Shown: positions 38,059-47,619 of the stretch, piece after piece
Layout: each line of letters starts with the position of its first letter
Numbering within the stretch: position 1 is the stretch's first letter
Assembly: GCA_028277365.1 (NCBI GenBank)
Contig: JANQGK010000206.1
Span: 413 to 64,412 of the forward strand
DNA: 64,000 nucleotides
Source: Halieaceae bacterium
Lineage (GTDB): Bacteria > Pseudomonadota > Gammaproteobacteria > Pseudomonadales > Halieaceae
Direction: 5' to 3'
Program-made: the position numbers and the translations under genes
Notes under the pieces: generated by a model
Told to the model about the DNA's origin: nothing
The model's database searches: none
What the model saw: only the letters and a program-made list of their open reading frames with translations

Positions 38059-38470
38059 GGCGCAACTGCAGTCCTCGATAACAGGGCGGATCAGCATCGA
38101 CACCGCCTTGCAGATCGCTGAGGTGGCCAGCAAAAAGCCCCAGCGCTCCGTCAGCCTATTTCTCGTGCCGCTGGGTGATCGTGTGACTAACCAGGGGCGC
38201 ACCACCGGGCCAATCTTGGACCAAGTGACCACTACCTTCGCAGTGGTGTTTGCGATCCGCCACATGGCGGGCCGCGCCGAACTGAAACACGCCACGCTAG
38301 ATGAGTGGCGCAAAAAAGTCCGCGACGCGCTGAATGGCTGGACGCCTGGCTTACCGACTTACACCCCGCTGCTGCGGGGCAACGGACAGATCGTTGCCCT
38401 GCGCGACCACACCCTGTGGTGGCAGGACCAGTACCGCACCACGTTCCTTGAGGAAAGTGCTTATGCCTAG
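38039..38470 (+). CDS. Head-tail joining / tail completion protein candidate
   Basis: 143-aa ORF in the connector block with a 20-nt overlap with the previous gene. No family recognised. Confidence 0.45.
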   Translation: MLLELVEAQLQSSITGRISIDTALQIAEVASKKPQRSVSLFLVPLGDRVTNQGRTTGPILDQVTTTFAVVFAIRHMAGRAELKHATLDEWRKKVRDALNGWTPGLPTYTPLLRGNGQIVALRDHTLWWQDQYRTTFLEESAYA

Positions 38471-38669
38471 AAAGTCATCCCGAAAGAAAACCACCCAGGC
38501 GACCGACGAGCCACGCCGTCCGACGCGTGACCAGATCCCCAACGCTGGCGGTATCTACCGCTTCGACCCCGACGCCGAGGCGGGCACCGACCCGATTTCT
38601 GTCGTTGAGCCTGCGACCGGGGCTGCGCTGCCTGCCGAAGACACCACAACCACTGACAACCCGGAGTAA
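38463..38669 (+). CDS. Small hypothetical protein (68 aa)
   Basis: Track ORF 38334..38669 trimmed to ATG 38463, giving an 8-nt overlap with the upstream gene. Basic N-terminus and acidic C-terminus. Confidence 0.3.
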   Translation: MPRKSSRKKTTQATDEPRRPTRDQIPNAGGIYRFDPDAEAGTDPISVVEPATGAALPAEDTTTTDNPE

Positions 38670-38672
38670 GGT

Positions 38673-39617
38673 ATGTACATCATCCGTGAAGAAGACACCC
38701 TCCTCTATCTGCTGAAAGAGGCGAACTACGGTGCCGGGGGCAGCTTCGCCGCCGCCGACGCGATGGTCGCTGAGTCAGTCACCCTGCGACCGCTCGAAGG
38801 CAACAAGCAGCGCATCCAACAGGTGCGCGGCTTCAAAGGCGCTTCACGTGGCTCCCGCTCAGAAACGTATGTGAGCATCGAGATTGTGATGGCACTGGCG
38901 GGATCGGGTGCGGTCGACCAGGTACCCGCACACGGCCTGCTGTATCAGGGTTCCTCGCACAACGCCACCATCACCGCGATGGCGTCGGTCGACTACGCGC
39001 TGATTGATGCCAACGAAGACAGCCTGTACGGAGGCTTTTTCGCGCTCGACACGTTCCATCCGCTTCGGGGTCTGCGTGGGGGCCTGCGCTTCCAGCTCGG
39101 CACCGACGGGATCGGTCGCGTGGTCTTCAACGGCTTCGCGCTCTATGACGACCCGACAAAAACGTCTCCGCCCACCCCGGACTTCTCCGCCTTCCAGCTG
39201 CCCCAGGACATCAACGCGTCCACGGTGACCGAGATGCTGTTCTATGGTCAGAGCGTCGGTATGAGCGCCCTGGAAATCACCGGACGCGACACCGCCCAGT
39301 ACCTCAACGTCGCCAACCAGGAAGAAGTCATTCAGAGCAGCGGCGGCAATGGGGCGGGCTACTCGATCACGTTCCGCGAGGGTGATGTCGGTGTGTTCAA
39401 CTTCTTCCAGGCAGCGAAGGAAAACACCCCCGGCGCGCTCGCCTTCCAGTTGGGTACCGACGTCACAGACGCGGGCAACATCTTCGAGTTCGATGCGCCA
39501 GTCGTGGAAATCGACTCGGTCGAGCGGGTTTACCAGCAAAACGTGGCCTTCCTGCGCTGCGCCGGCCCGATCGTGCCCACCGCGAAGAACAACGACTACA
39601 CCTTCACCCACCGCTAG
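38673..39617 (+). CDS. Major tail protein candidate (non-contractile tail)
   Basis: 314 aa. Lies immediately upstream of the chaperone pair and the tape measure, which is the conserved siphovirus order. Confidence 0.55.
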   Translation: MYIIREEDTLLYLLKEANYGAGGSFAAADAMVAESVTLRPLEGNKQRIQQVRGFKGASRGSRSETYVSIEIVMALAGSGAVDQVPAHGLLYQGSSHNATITAMASVDYALIDANEDSLYGGFFALDTFHPLRGLRGGLRFQLGTDGIGRVVFNGFALYDDPTKTSPPTPDFSAFQLPQDINASTVTEMLFYGQSVGMSALEITGRDTAQYLNVANQEEVIQSSGGNGAGYSITFREGDVGVFNFFQAAKENTPGALAFQLGTDVTDAGNIFEFDAPVVEIDSVERVYQQNVAFLRCAGPIVPTAKNNDYTFTHR

Positions 39618-39641
39618 TCCACGAGGGCCTGGAGACGAACT

Positions 39642-40070
39642 ATGAGTGAGCAAGAAAACAGTGTCGCGCGCGGATTCAGCTACGACCTGCTGACCACCAC
39701 CTATCAATGGCCGGTGGTGGTTGAGATCCCCCAGGGCGGCGAGTTCAAGCAGTTCGAGTTCACTGCGGAGTTCAAAATGATCTCCCAGGACGAGGCCCAG
39801 GCGATCTACGAGGAGGTGCGCACCAAGCTGCAGGCGCAGATCGAGGACAAGACAGGCCCGTCTGTGATGGCAACCAACGCCGTGCTGCAGGAGTTCCTGA
39901 CACACGTGTGGGTCAGCTGGGATGACAACCTGACCGGCCCCAAGGGTGAACAGATGGAAGCCACCGAAGAGAACAAGCGCAAGTGGCTGGCCTGGTCGCC
40001 GATGATGCGCGCGATCGACAAGGCGTACCGAGAGAGTGCGCGTGGCCAGGAGGCCGTCAAGGAAAACTGA
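39642..40070 (+). CDS. Tail assembly chaperone (G-like)
   Basis: 142 aa and acidic. Directly upstream of the tape measure, with an overlapping -1 frame ORF downstream. Confidence 0.6.
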   Translation: MSEQENSVARGFSYDLLTTTYQWPVVVEIPQGGEFKQFEFTAEFKMISQDEAQAIYEEVRTKLQAQIEDKTGPSVMATNAVLQEFLTHVWVSWDDNLTGPKGEQMEATEENKRKWLAWSPMMRAIDKAYRESARGQEAVKEN

Positions 40071-40468
40071 TCGGGGCGGCTCGTCACTGGGCGGGTGACG
40101 GGCAACAGTCACGCCCCTCGAAACGCACCGCCCGGCTACGCGTAGCACTGAAAGCAGCCGGTGCTCCGGACCACATTCTGGAGCGCCTTTATGCCAACGC
40201 GGGAAAGAGTGACGCCTACCGCGTCTTCAGCCAGAACCGAAACGCGGTAGTGCTGTTCACCCTGTGCTCCAACAAGTGGGAGTACGTGAGCACGATGATG
40301 GGAGCGTTCCCGACCAGCCTTCGGCTCGACCAGGTGGAGATTCGAGCGCGACACCTACCCGAGATTCGCGCGCTGAGCCAGGACGAAACGGACCACCTCT
40401 GGATGCAGATCGACATGTTGGAGCGGCACGCGCTGAAGGCGATGAGCGAGCAACTGAACAGTGAATAG
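39983..40468 (+). CDS. -1 frame extension of the tail assembly chaperone (GT-like product); only the part after ~40060 is likely translated
   Basis: This ORF is in the -1 frame relative to 39642..40070, overlaps its last 88 nt and ends 8 nt inside the tape measure gene. This is the classic G/GT arrangement. The closest slippery-like string is GGAAAAC (40061-40067), which is not a canonical XXXYYYZ site. Confidence 0.45.
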   Translation: MAGLVADDARDRQGVPRECAWPGGRQGKLIGAARHWAGDGQQSRPSKRTARLRVALKAAGAPDHILERLYANAGKSDAYRVFSQNRNAVVLFTLCSNKWEYVSTMMGAFPTSLRLDQVEIRARHLPEIRALSQDETDHLWMQIDMLERHALKAMSEQLNSE

Positions 40469-43400
40469 CAGCAACCTCACAGTCGGCATGACCCTCGAAA
40501 TGCACGGCGACCAGGTGGTCGCCCGCAAGGCGGATGGCGTCAAGCAATCCATGGGGCGCCTGGGGGATGAGGTCGACAACACAACAGCCTCCACCCGCCA
40601 ACAGGCGGCGGCCAACGACGCCTACGCTCGCAGCACCAATAGAGCCACAAAGGAAACCGACGGCTTCAGGGATCGTGTGCGGTCCCTTAAGTCTCAGCTT
40701 GGCGACCTTCGGGGATTACTGGCGTCCGTAGGCGTCCTGTTCTTCGCCCGCGAGGCGTTGCGCACCGCAGATGCGATGGCGGCCCTGGACATTCGCCTGG
40801 GATCTGCAACTCGACTCACTGGCGACTACGCGCTGGTTCAACGAGAGCTGTTTCGAGTCACCCAGGACAACGCTGCGGCCTACGCCACCACCATCAAACT
40901 CTTCCAGGACCTGTCACGGGCAGCACCCGAGCTTGGGGCGACCAACGATGAAGTGATTCTGCTGACTGATACCGTGCAGAAACTCGGTGTGATCGGCGGC
41001 TCCACCAACGAGCAGATGAGCAACGGTCTGCTGCAGTTTACGCAGGGTCTGACGGCCGGCACCTTCAGAGCCGAGGAACTGAACTCCATCCTGGAGAACC
41101 TACCCGAGGTGGCCACCCGTATCGCGCGCGGTATGGATATGACTGTGGGTGAGATGCGCGCTGCGGTCCTTGCTGGCGAAGTGCTGAGTAAGGATGTGTT
41201 CGACTCATTGCTGTCTCAGTCCGGCGAGATAGCAACAGAGTTCGAAGAGATCCCCATCACCATCGCGCGAGGCTCCCAGCAACTCCGAAACAGCATCGCG
41301 TCAGTGCTCGGCGACCTCGATCAGATGAACGGCACCACCATGGCGATCGGGCAGACCTTGAGTGACCTGTCAGGTGCGCTCGACTCAGGCAATGCAGCGG
41401 AAACCCTCGATGACCTGGTCACAGTAGGAGAAGCGCTAGCCGTCGTCCTGGGTGTGCGTCTGACCGCCGGCTACCGGCAGGCGCTGGCGGCGCAAGTTCA
41501 ATACCAGGCGGCGCTGGTTGCTGGAAAGGCCGTCGCTGTGGAAAGCGCGCAGGCCGATCTGATGCGAGCGGAAGCAGCCATGCACACCGCCACAGCAGAT
41601 CTCCGCAAGGCTACGCGAGCAGAGCAGGCCGCCGTCGCCCAGCGGGCAGCTGCCACCAGCAGCAGAACGCTGGCGATAGCCGATAGGAACCTCGCAGCAG
41701 CCAAGCTGGCCACAGCGGAAGCCACTCGCGCTGCGACGGCCGCGCAGGTAACGCTGACAGCGGCTCAGCACAGCGCGACATTGGGAAGCCGAGTACTCAC
41801 CGCAGCGGTCACTGGGCTGCGGGGGGCCTATGCTCTGTTGGGCGGTCCGGTAGGCGTTGCAGCACTTGCCGCCTGGGGACTCTACGAGTACTCCAGCGCC
41901 GCCAGTGAGGCCGAGGCAAGCACGGCAGCTCTAATCGAGGATCTCGACCAGCTCACTGGCCTGTACATCGCGATGGGCGAAGCCACCACCGAAAACCGCC
42001 TGTTGCAACTTCGTCAGGAGCTGGAGACGACGCGCGATCTGCTCAACCAGCTTGAGCGACCGACCACCGACGCGGGTCGTGTTAACACCGGCGCTCTCGG
42101 TATCCGCAGTGATGAGGTAGCTGACCTGCAGGAGTACAACGCGGAGTCCGCCCGTCTGAATGCAGTGATCACTGAGCTGGAGCGGAAGATCGCGGCCAGC
42201 GAAAAGGCACTCGCGGCCCTGCGCGGTGAGCAGGACGACACCGGCACCTCTGCGGCCAAGCTGACAACGGAGCAACAGGAGTTGCTGGACACGCTGTTCC
42301 CGCTCCAGGAACTGGGACGTGAGTACGCCGCTGACCTGGTACTGTTGGACGAAATCTACGGCGAGAACGGGCGAAACACTGCCGCCTACCAGGAAGCGCT
42401 CGACGCGCTGAAGCGGGAGTACATCGATCTCTTCCCTGCATTGAAGGCTCAAGTCGAGGAGGAAAAGAAACGGGCCAAAGCGGTCGAACAATCGGCCGCC
42501 GCTGATGAAAAACTGATCGACGCACTCCGCCAGGAAGTCAGCTTGCTGAACCTATCGGCGCGGGAACGTGCGGTCGAAGTCGAGCTTCGCAAGCTGTCGG
42601 CAGACGCGACCGATGAGCAACGTGAGGCCGTCGCGCGTCTGGCCGGCCAGCTTTACGACGAAGAACAAGCCCGCGAGCAAGCCGAGGAAGCAGCGGAGCG
42701 GTATGCCGAGGTGTGGGAAAACTCCATGCGCCGCATCGACGATTCCTTCGCGCAACTGTTCCGCAGCGGCCTCGACGGGTTCGATGACTTCGGCGACCAG
42801 CTGATCGACACGGCGAAGGATTTAGTGGCAGAGCTGGCGTGGACCATTGCCCGCGAGCAGATCGTCGTCAACCTCGGCCTGGGTGTGGGTGGCGGCATGG
42901 GCGGCATATCCAGCCTCGTCGGTGGTGCCGGCAGTATCGGTTCGATGGGCGGCGTGCTCAGCGGTGGCCTCTCGCTCTCTGGACTCCTGTCCGGCCCTAA
43001 TGCCCTGCTGGGATCGACGCTCACCGGCGTTGAGGCACTGGCAGCCAATCTCGGGCTGACAAACGTGGCGGGCGGCATCTACGACTGGACATCGCAGCTG
43101 GCGGCAACGGGTGGTCGGTTCGGCCTTGCTGGCGGTGCCGGCATCAATATCGGTGCGGGGCTGGCCGGTGGCTACGTCGGCAACTTGCTTGGGGATGCGC
43201 TCTTTAGCCGAGAGCAGGCGACCGGAGGTGTGTTGGGCGCCCTGGGTGGCCTGGGCGGATCGATCTTCGGTGGCCCATGGGGTGCCGCCGCCGGGGCCGC
43301 TATCGGCAATCTCCTCGACACCGCGATCGGTGGCTCCGACTTCTCTGGTAAGCGTGTGAAGTTCGGTATCACAGCGGGCGGTCGCCGGGAAGAAGGCTTC

Positions 43401-45398
43401 GATTTCAGCGAGACCGCCGCCAGTGGCCTGGAGCTGGGCCTGATTACCCGCCGTACTGACAACATCGGCATCAGCGATCAGCAGGAGCGCGCGCTGCTCG
43501 ATTCATTCCTCGCGATCGACAGCACACTGACAGAGCTGTCACGTGCCTTGGGTGTCAGCGTTGATCTCAGCGGCCAGACGCTTACCAATCCCAACATCAG
43601 GCCCTATGACAACGGGCTGGCGCCGGCCGACTTCTTTGGCGCACTCGCCAAGGGCGAACTCGACCAGGTGGAGCTGGAGGCGGCCCCGTCAGAGTTTATT
43701 CAGGCGTGGATCGCAGCGACCTCTGACGTATTCGACGAAGGGGTACGCGAGGCGCTGCTGGAGATCGACGGTACCGCCGAGGAGATGCTGGCCCAATTTG
43801 GCGAAATCGTGGCGTTGGAGCAAGCAAAGGCCGGGTTTAAGGAGCTGTTCGCCACCGAGACCGAGACAGAGCGCCTGGCCAATCAGTTCCGTGCCATGCG
43901 CGACGAATTCGAGACACTGACGGGTGAGACGCTGCCCAACAATCGCGCCGGCATGCAAGCGTACATCGACGCCCTCGACCTCCAGGATGAAGCCAACAAG
44001 GATGTCATCCAGTCGATCATGCTGATGGCGCCGGCGCTGGAGGAAATCTACAGCAAACAGGATGAGTTCGCGCAGGCCCTGGCCGATGCGGTCGCCCAGC
44101 AGGCCGTGGAACTGGAGCAGCTGATGGCCGGTGTGGAGGCCGACCTGGAGGCGCTCACCCTCTCGCGGTTTGAGCGCGAATTGCTGAGCATCCAGCGCGC
44201 CCTCGAGGACACGATCGCGGCGGCGACCGAGCGCCGTGCCAGCGAGGAAGACCTGGCGGACATCTACCGCTTGGCCGGGCTGCAGGTCAACGAAGTACTC
44301 CGGTCGATCGAGGCGGAAATCTACTCGCTCACCCAGCAGCTGTATGGTCAGGATCTCGTCGGCGAGATCTCCGCCGAGCAAGATCGCATCTCTGACCTCA
44401 ACCGATCGCGAGACGAGGCGTACCGAGCGGAGCTTCGCCGGCATGAGGATCTGATCGCATCCAACCAGACCATCACCGACTTCCTGGACAGCTTGATGCT
44501 GGGTGAGCTGGCCACACTCTCACCGGAGCAGCAGCTGGCGGAGGCACAGCGCCAATTTGATGCAGATATAGCCTCCGGCGATGCCGGGGCAGCGACACAG
44601 TCCTTCCAGGCGCTCCTGACCTTGGCGCGAGACTTCTACGCGGGTACACAGGGCTATCGCGACATCTTCTCGGCGGGCAACATCGCCCTGCAGTCCCTCA
44701 TCAGCAATCCCGGTGCCGCACCCACTGCGCCGTCGCTACAAACCGGCAGCCCGGCACTCACCGCGCTGGAGGCACAACTGCAGCAACAGCGGGAGGAACA
44801 GGAACTGCTGAACCGAGCCAAGCTGGTGGCCGACCTGGTCGACGCCTACGAGGCTTACGGTGCGGCGACGGACAGGAGCATTTTGGAGCTGATGCTGGCC
44901 AACGGCCTGAACATCAACCAACTGGCCACGGATTTCGGTATCGATATCGCCGCGCTGGATGAGGAACAAGGCCAACGCTTCCTGCAGCTCGCGGACGCAC
45001 TGGGCACTGACTCGCAGACCTTGGCGGCAGTCCTGGGTGTGAACCTGGAGACGCTGCAGGAGGTGTTGTCAGGCGACCTCGGCACCCTGGAGGACGTGAG
45101 CGATACCGGAACAGGCTACCTGGGAGCACTCACCGAAATCCTCATACCCGGACTCCAGTTCATGCTGCTCTCCATCGTGAATCAGCAACGCAACCAGCAC
45201 CGGGACATGATGGCACGGCTCGGGGCGATCGAGTCCGTCCTGAATCAACAGAACACCATGATGTCGACCTGGCGTGCCGCGTATGACCAGGTCGAGTGGG
45301 GCGCAGCACTACGTCGGTTCGAGCACACCAACCTCCTCCGTGACATCGAAACGAACACTGGCGCGAACTCCCTCAGCCGGGTGGAGTCCCTGTCATGA
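40461..45398 (+). CDS. Tail tape measure protein (1645 aa)
   Basis: Very long, helical, Ala/Leu/Glu/Gln-rich protein with central Gly-rich hydrophobic segments (GLGVGGGMGGISSLVGGAGSIGSMGG...). Positioned after the chaperone pair. Confidence 0.9.
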   Translation: MNSSNLTVGMTLEMHGDQVVARKADGVKQSMGRLGDEVDNTTASTRQQAAANDAYARSTNRATKETDGFRDRVRSLKSQLGDLRGLLASVGVLFFAREALRTADAMAALDIRLGSATRLTGDYALVQRELFRVTQDNAAAYATTIKLFQDLSRAAPELGATNDEVILLTDTVQKLGVIGGSTNEQMSNGLLQFTQGLTAGTFRAEELNSILENLPEVATRIARGMDMTVGEMRAAVLAGEVLSKDVFDSLLSQSGEIATEFEEIPITIARGSQQLRNSIASVLGDLDQMNGTTMAIGQTLSDLSGALDSGNAAETLDDLVTVGEALAVVLGVRLTAGYRQALAAQVQYQAALVAGKAVAVESAQADLMRAEAAMHTATADLRKATRAEQAAVAQRAAATSSRTLAIADRNLAAAKLATAEATRAATAAQVTLTAAQHSATLGSRVLTAAVTGLRGAYALLGGPVGVAALAAWGLYEYSSAASEAEASTAALIEDLDQLTGLYIAMGEATTENRLLQLRQELETTRDLLNQLERPTTDAGRVNTGALGIRSDEVADLQEYNAESARLNAVITELERKIAASEKALAALRGEQDDTGTSAAKLTTEQQELLDTLFPLQELGREYAADLVLLDEIYGENGRNTAAYQEALDALKREYIDLFPALKAQVEEEKKRAKAVEQSAAADEKLIDALRQEVSLLNLSARERAVEVELRKLSADATDEQREAVARLAGQLYDEEQAREQAEEAAERYAEVWENSMRRIDDSFAQLFRSGLDGFDDFGDQLIDTAKDLVAELAWTIAREQIVVNLGLGVGGGMGGISSLVGGAGSIGSMGGVLSGGLSLSGLLSGPNALLGSTLTGVEALAANLGLTNVAGGIYDWTSQLAATGGRFGLAGGAGINIGAGLAGGYVGNLLGDALFSREQATGGVLGALGGLGGSIFGGPWGAAAGAAIGNLLDTAIGGSDFSGKRVKFGITAGGRREEGFDFSETAASGLELGLITRRTDNIGISDQQERALLDSFLAIDSTLTELSRALGVSVDLSGQTLTNPNIRPYDNGLAPADFFGALAKGELDQVELEAAPSEFIQAWIAATSDVFDEGVREALLEIDGTAEEMLAQFGEIVALEQAKAGFKELFATETETERLANQFRAMRDEFETLTGETLPNNRAGMQAYIDALDLQDEANKDVIQSIMLMAPALEEIYSKQDEFAQALADAVAQQAVELEQLMAGVEADLEALTLSRFERELLSIQRALEDTIAAATERRASEEDLADIYRLAGLQVNEVLRSIEAEIYSLTQQLYGQDLVGEISAEQDRISDLNRSRDEAYRAELRRHEDLIASNQTITDFLDSLMLGELATLSPEQQLAEAQRQFDADIASGDAGAATQSFQALLTLARDFYAGTQGYRDIFSAGNIALQSLISNPGAAPTAPSLQTGSPALTALEAQLQQQREEQELLNRAKLVADLVDAYEAYGAATDRSILELMLANGLNINQLATDFGIDIAALDEEQGQRFLQLADALGTDSQTLAAVLGVNLETLQEVLSGDLGTLEDVSDTGTGYLGALTEILIPGLQFMLLSIVNQQRNQHRDMMARLGAIESVLNQQNTMMSTWRAAYDQVEWGAALRRFEHTNLLRDIETNTGANSLSRVESLS

Positions 45399-46786
45399 CG
45401 ACGCCCGCTGAATTCACCAACTGGCTCACGAGCGATAAAGCACAGCCGGTGGCGCTGATCGAGGCCGCCTATGCCGGCGGGATCGAGTACCTGTCGACCC
45501 ACGAGTACATCTCCGGAGTCGGAGATACGCCGGCGAATCAAATCTACATCAACGCGATCCACGATGATGTCGTCATCGACGACACCCTGGAACGCGGGAG
45601 CGTCGGCGAGATCCACATCGTCCATGACGGCGAGTTCGACGACTGGGTATCGAGGGCTTGGGCGGGCCACGCTCTCCGGGTGTACCTGGGCGACCGCAGC
45701 TGGGCGCGAGACGATTTTGTGCTCATGGTCGACGGCCAGTCGGGCGGGATTTCCGCGCCACGGCCTGGCCGCTTGCGCTTGGCCTGGGCGGATCGGCGAG
45801 AGCAGCTGCGCCAGGCGATCATCGGGGAAACGGACGTCGCCATCACCTTGGGTGAGGCGTTCAACGTGCCTGCCGTCCTGACCGCTGACTTCCCCAGCTT
45901 CGTCTTCAGCGTTCACGATGGCGCCATCACGTCCGTGGTGGTGCGCGACAACGGTGTCCTGCTCACCGCTGGCGGCGGGAATGACTATACGGTCAACCTC
46001 GCCACCGGCGATATCACACTGGAGGCGGTGTACGGCTCCCCAGCGGGTCAGATCGCTGCGGATGTGGTACAGGCGGATTCGACGCTGGAGGATATTGTCA
46101 CGGCACTCTGCGGCCGCGCCAGTGTGTCGGTGGACGCTGTGAATCTCGCGGCATTTCCGAGCACCGCAGCGCTCGGTCTCCACATCGATTCGGCGACGTC
46201 GCTTGACGCGCTGCTACGCGAGGTTACCGAGTCGCTGGGAGCGACCTACCGCTTCAGCCCTACCGGCGCGCTCCAGGTGTTCCGGATCGAGGAACCGGCG
46301 ATGGCGGCGGACTACACGCTCGACAGCGACGATATCGTCGTTCAGGGCATCCAGCTTCAACAGATCCAAGCGCCGTTTGCACGAACCACCCTACGGTACC
46401 GGAAGAACTATGCACCGCAATCCGTGGACAGTCTGGCCAGCTCATTGACGCCGGCAGCGAAGGAGGATCTGGCCACCGATTTTCTGGAGGTCACTGCCAG
46501 CAACGCGCTGCCCGACTATCCCTTGGCGGGAGAGCGGACGCTGGACACCCTGATCGCCAACCAGGCCGACGCACAGAGCGAGTGTGACCGCCGCAACACC
46601 CTGCGCGCCCAGCCTCGCTATGTCCACCAGGTGGACGCGCTGATGGCCGGGCTGGAGATCCCGTTGGGTGCGACGGCGAGCATCACATACCCCTACGAGG
46701 GTTTTGGCACCGGGCGGAATGTGCTGGTCATCGGCAACCGACGGCGACTGGTACAGCGTCGAGCGAGGCTCACGACATGGCACTAG
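45395..46786 (+). CDS. Tail tip / distal tail structural protein (by position)
   Basis: 463 aa with a 4-nt overlap with the tape measure gene. No family recognised by eye. Confidence 0.5.
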   Translation: MTTPAEFTNWLTSDKAQPVALIEAAYAGGIEYLSTHEYISGVGDTPANQIYINAIHDDVVIDDTLERGSVGEIHIVHDGEFDDWVSRAWAGHALRVYLGDRSWARDDFVLMVDGQSGGISAPRPGRLRLAWADRREQLRQAIIGETDVAITLGEAFNVPAVLTADFPSFVFSVHDGAITSVVVRDNGVLLTAGGGNDYTVNLATGDITLEAVYGSPAGQIAADVVQADSTLEDIVTALCGRASVSVDAVNLAAFPSTAALGLHIDSATSLDALLREVTESLGATYRFSPTGALQVFRIEEPAMAADYTLDSDDIVVQGIQLQQIQAPFARTTLRYRKNYAPQSVDSLASSLTPAAKEDLATDFLEVTASNALPDYPLAGERTLDTLIANQADAQSECDRRNTLRAQPRYVHQVDALMAGLEIPLGATASITYPYEGFGTGRNVLVIGNRRRLVQRRARLTTWH

Positions 46787-47616
46787 ATCGACACGTGCAA
46801 CTGGTCGTAGAAAACGCCGTCGACGCAATGACGCTCGACGACACGGGGACACCGGCCGTGGCAACGATGCCGGTCACCAACCTGCAGAACCAGTATCGAG
46901 GTCGGCCGATGCGCCGGATCGGGACGGCCATGACAATCACCGGAACCCTGCCGGAGGTGAAGGTAGCGTCCGCCTTTGCACTCGCCTGGCATTCGCTACC
47001 GGGAAATGGTGATTTTCGGTTGCGCTTGTACCTGGACCCGACGCCAGGCACAGACCTGGTCTACGACTCAGCCACACAGATGATCGGGACGATCATACCG
47101 CTCGGTGTCCTCAAGATTGGCGTTGACGCGCTGGGCGACACTTACGAGCAGCCGTCCATACAGCCTTCGATCGCGCCATTGTTTTTCGACAAAGTGGGGT
47201 ACCGGAGTTTCCAGCTGGACATCAACGCGCCAGGGGTAGCGAGTTTTGATATCAGCCGTCTGTTCCTGGGTGAGTCGTTCCGGCCGGTGATCAACTACAG
47301 CTACGGCAAGCCGTTTGAAACGGTCGACCCATCGGACCATATCGAGACCGGCGGCAACTCCTTGGTCACCATCCCGAGGGACCAATTCCGGCGCGCACGG
47401 GTAAATCTGCAGCATCTCGATCGAAGTGAACGCGAACGCCTGAGTTACGAGCTGGTGAGGATCTCCAAGCAGGGCCAGATCTTCCTGGCCCTCGACCCTG
47501 GCGAAACGGGGCTGCTGCGCATCGAGCAAATCCTGATCGGCAAACGCGAGTCGGACGTGACAATGACCCAGCGGGACGCCGTTTTCTACGAACACGAACT
47601 GGTCATCCGGGAGTAA
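46777..47616 (+). CDS. Tail tip structural protein (by position)
   Basis: 279 aa with a 10-nt overlap with the previous gene. Confidence 0.5.
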   Translation: MALDRHVQLVVENAVDAMTLDDTGTPAVATMPVTNLQNQYRGRPMRRIGTAMTITGTLPEVKVASAFALAWHSLPGNGDFRLRLYLDPTPGTDLVYDSATQMIGTIIPLGVLKIGVDALGDTYEQPSIQPSIAPLFFDKVGYRSFQLDINAPGVASFDISRLFLGESFRPVINYSYGKPFETVDPSDHIETGGNSLVTIPRDQFRRARVNLQHLDRSERERLSYELVRISKQGQIFLALDPGETGLLRIEQILIGKRESDVTMTQRDAVFYEHELVIRE

Positions 47617-47619
47617 CCC

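Noticed and set aside
38859-40148. 429-aa minus-strand ORF across the major tail and chaperone genes
   Set aside because: It is antisense to the co-oriented, tightly packed tail module. It is Arg/Gly/Val/His-rich with no recognisable domain, and would collide with the conserved chaperone/tape-measure order.
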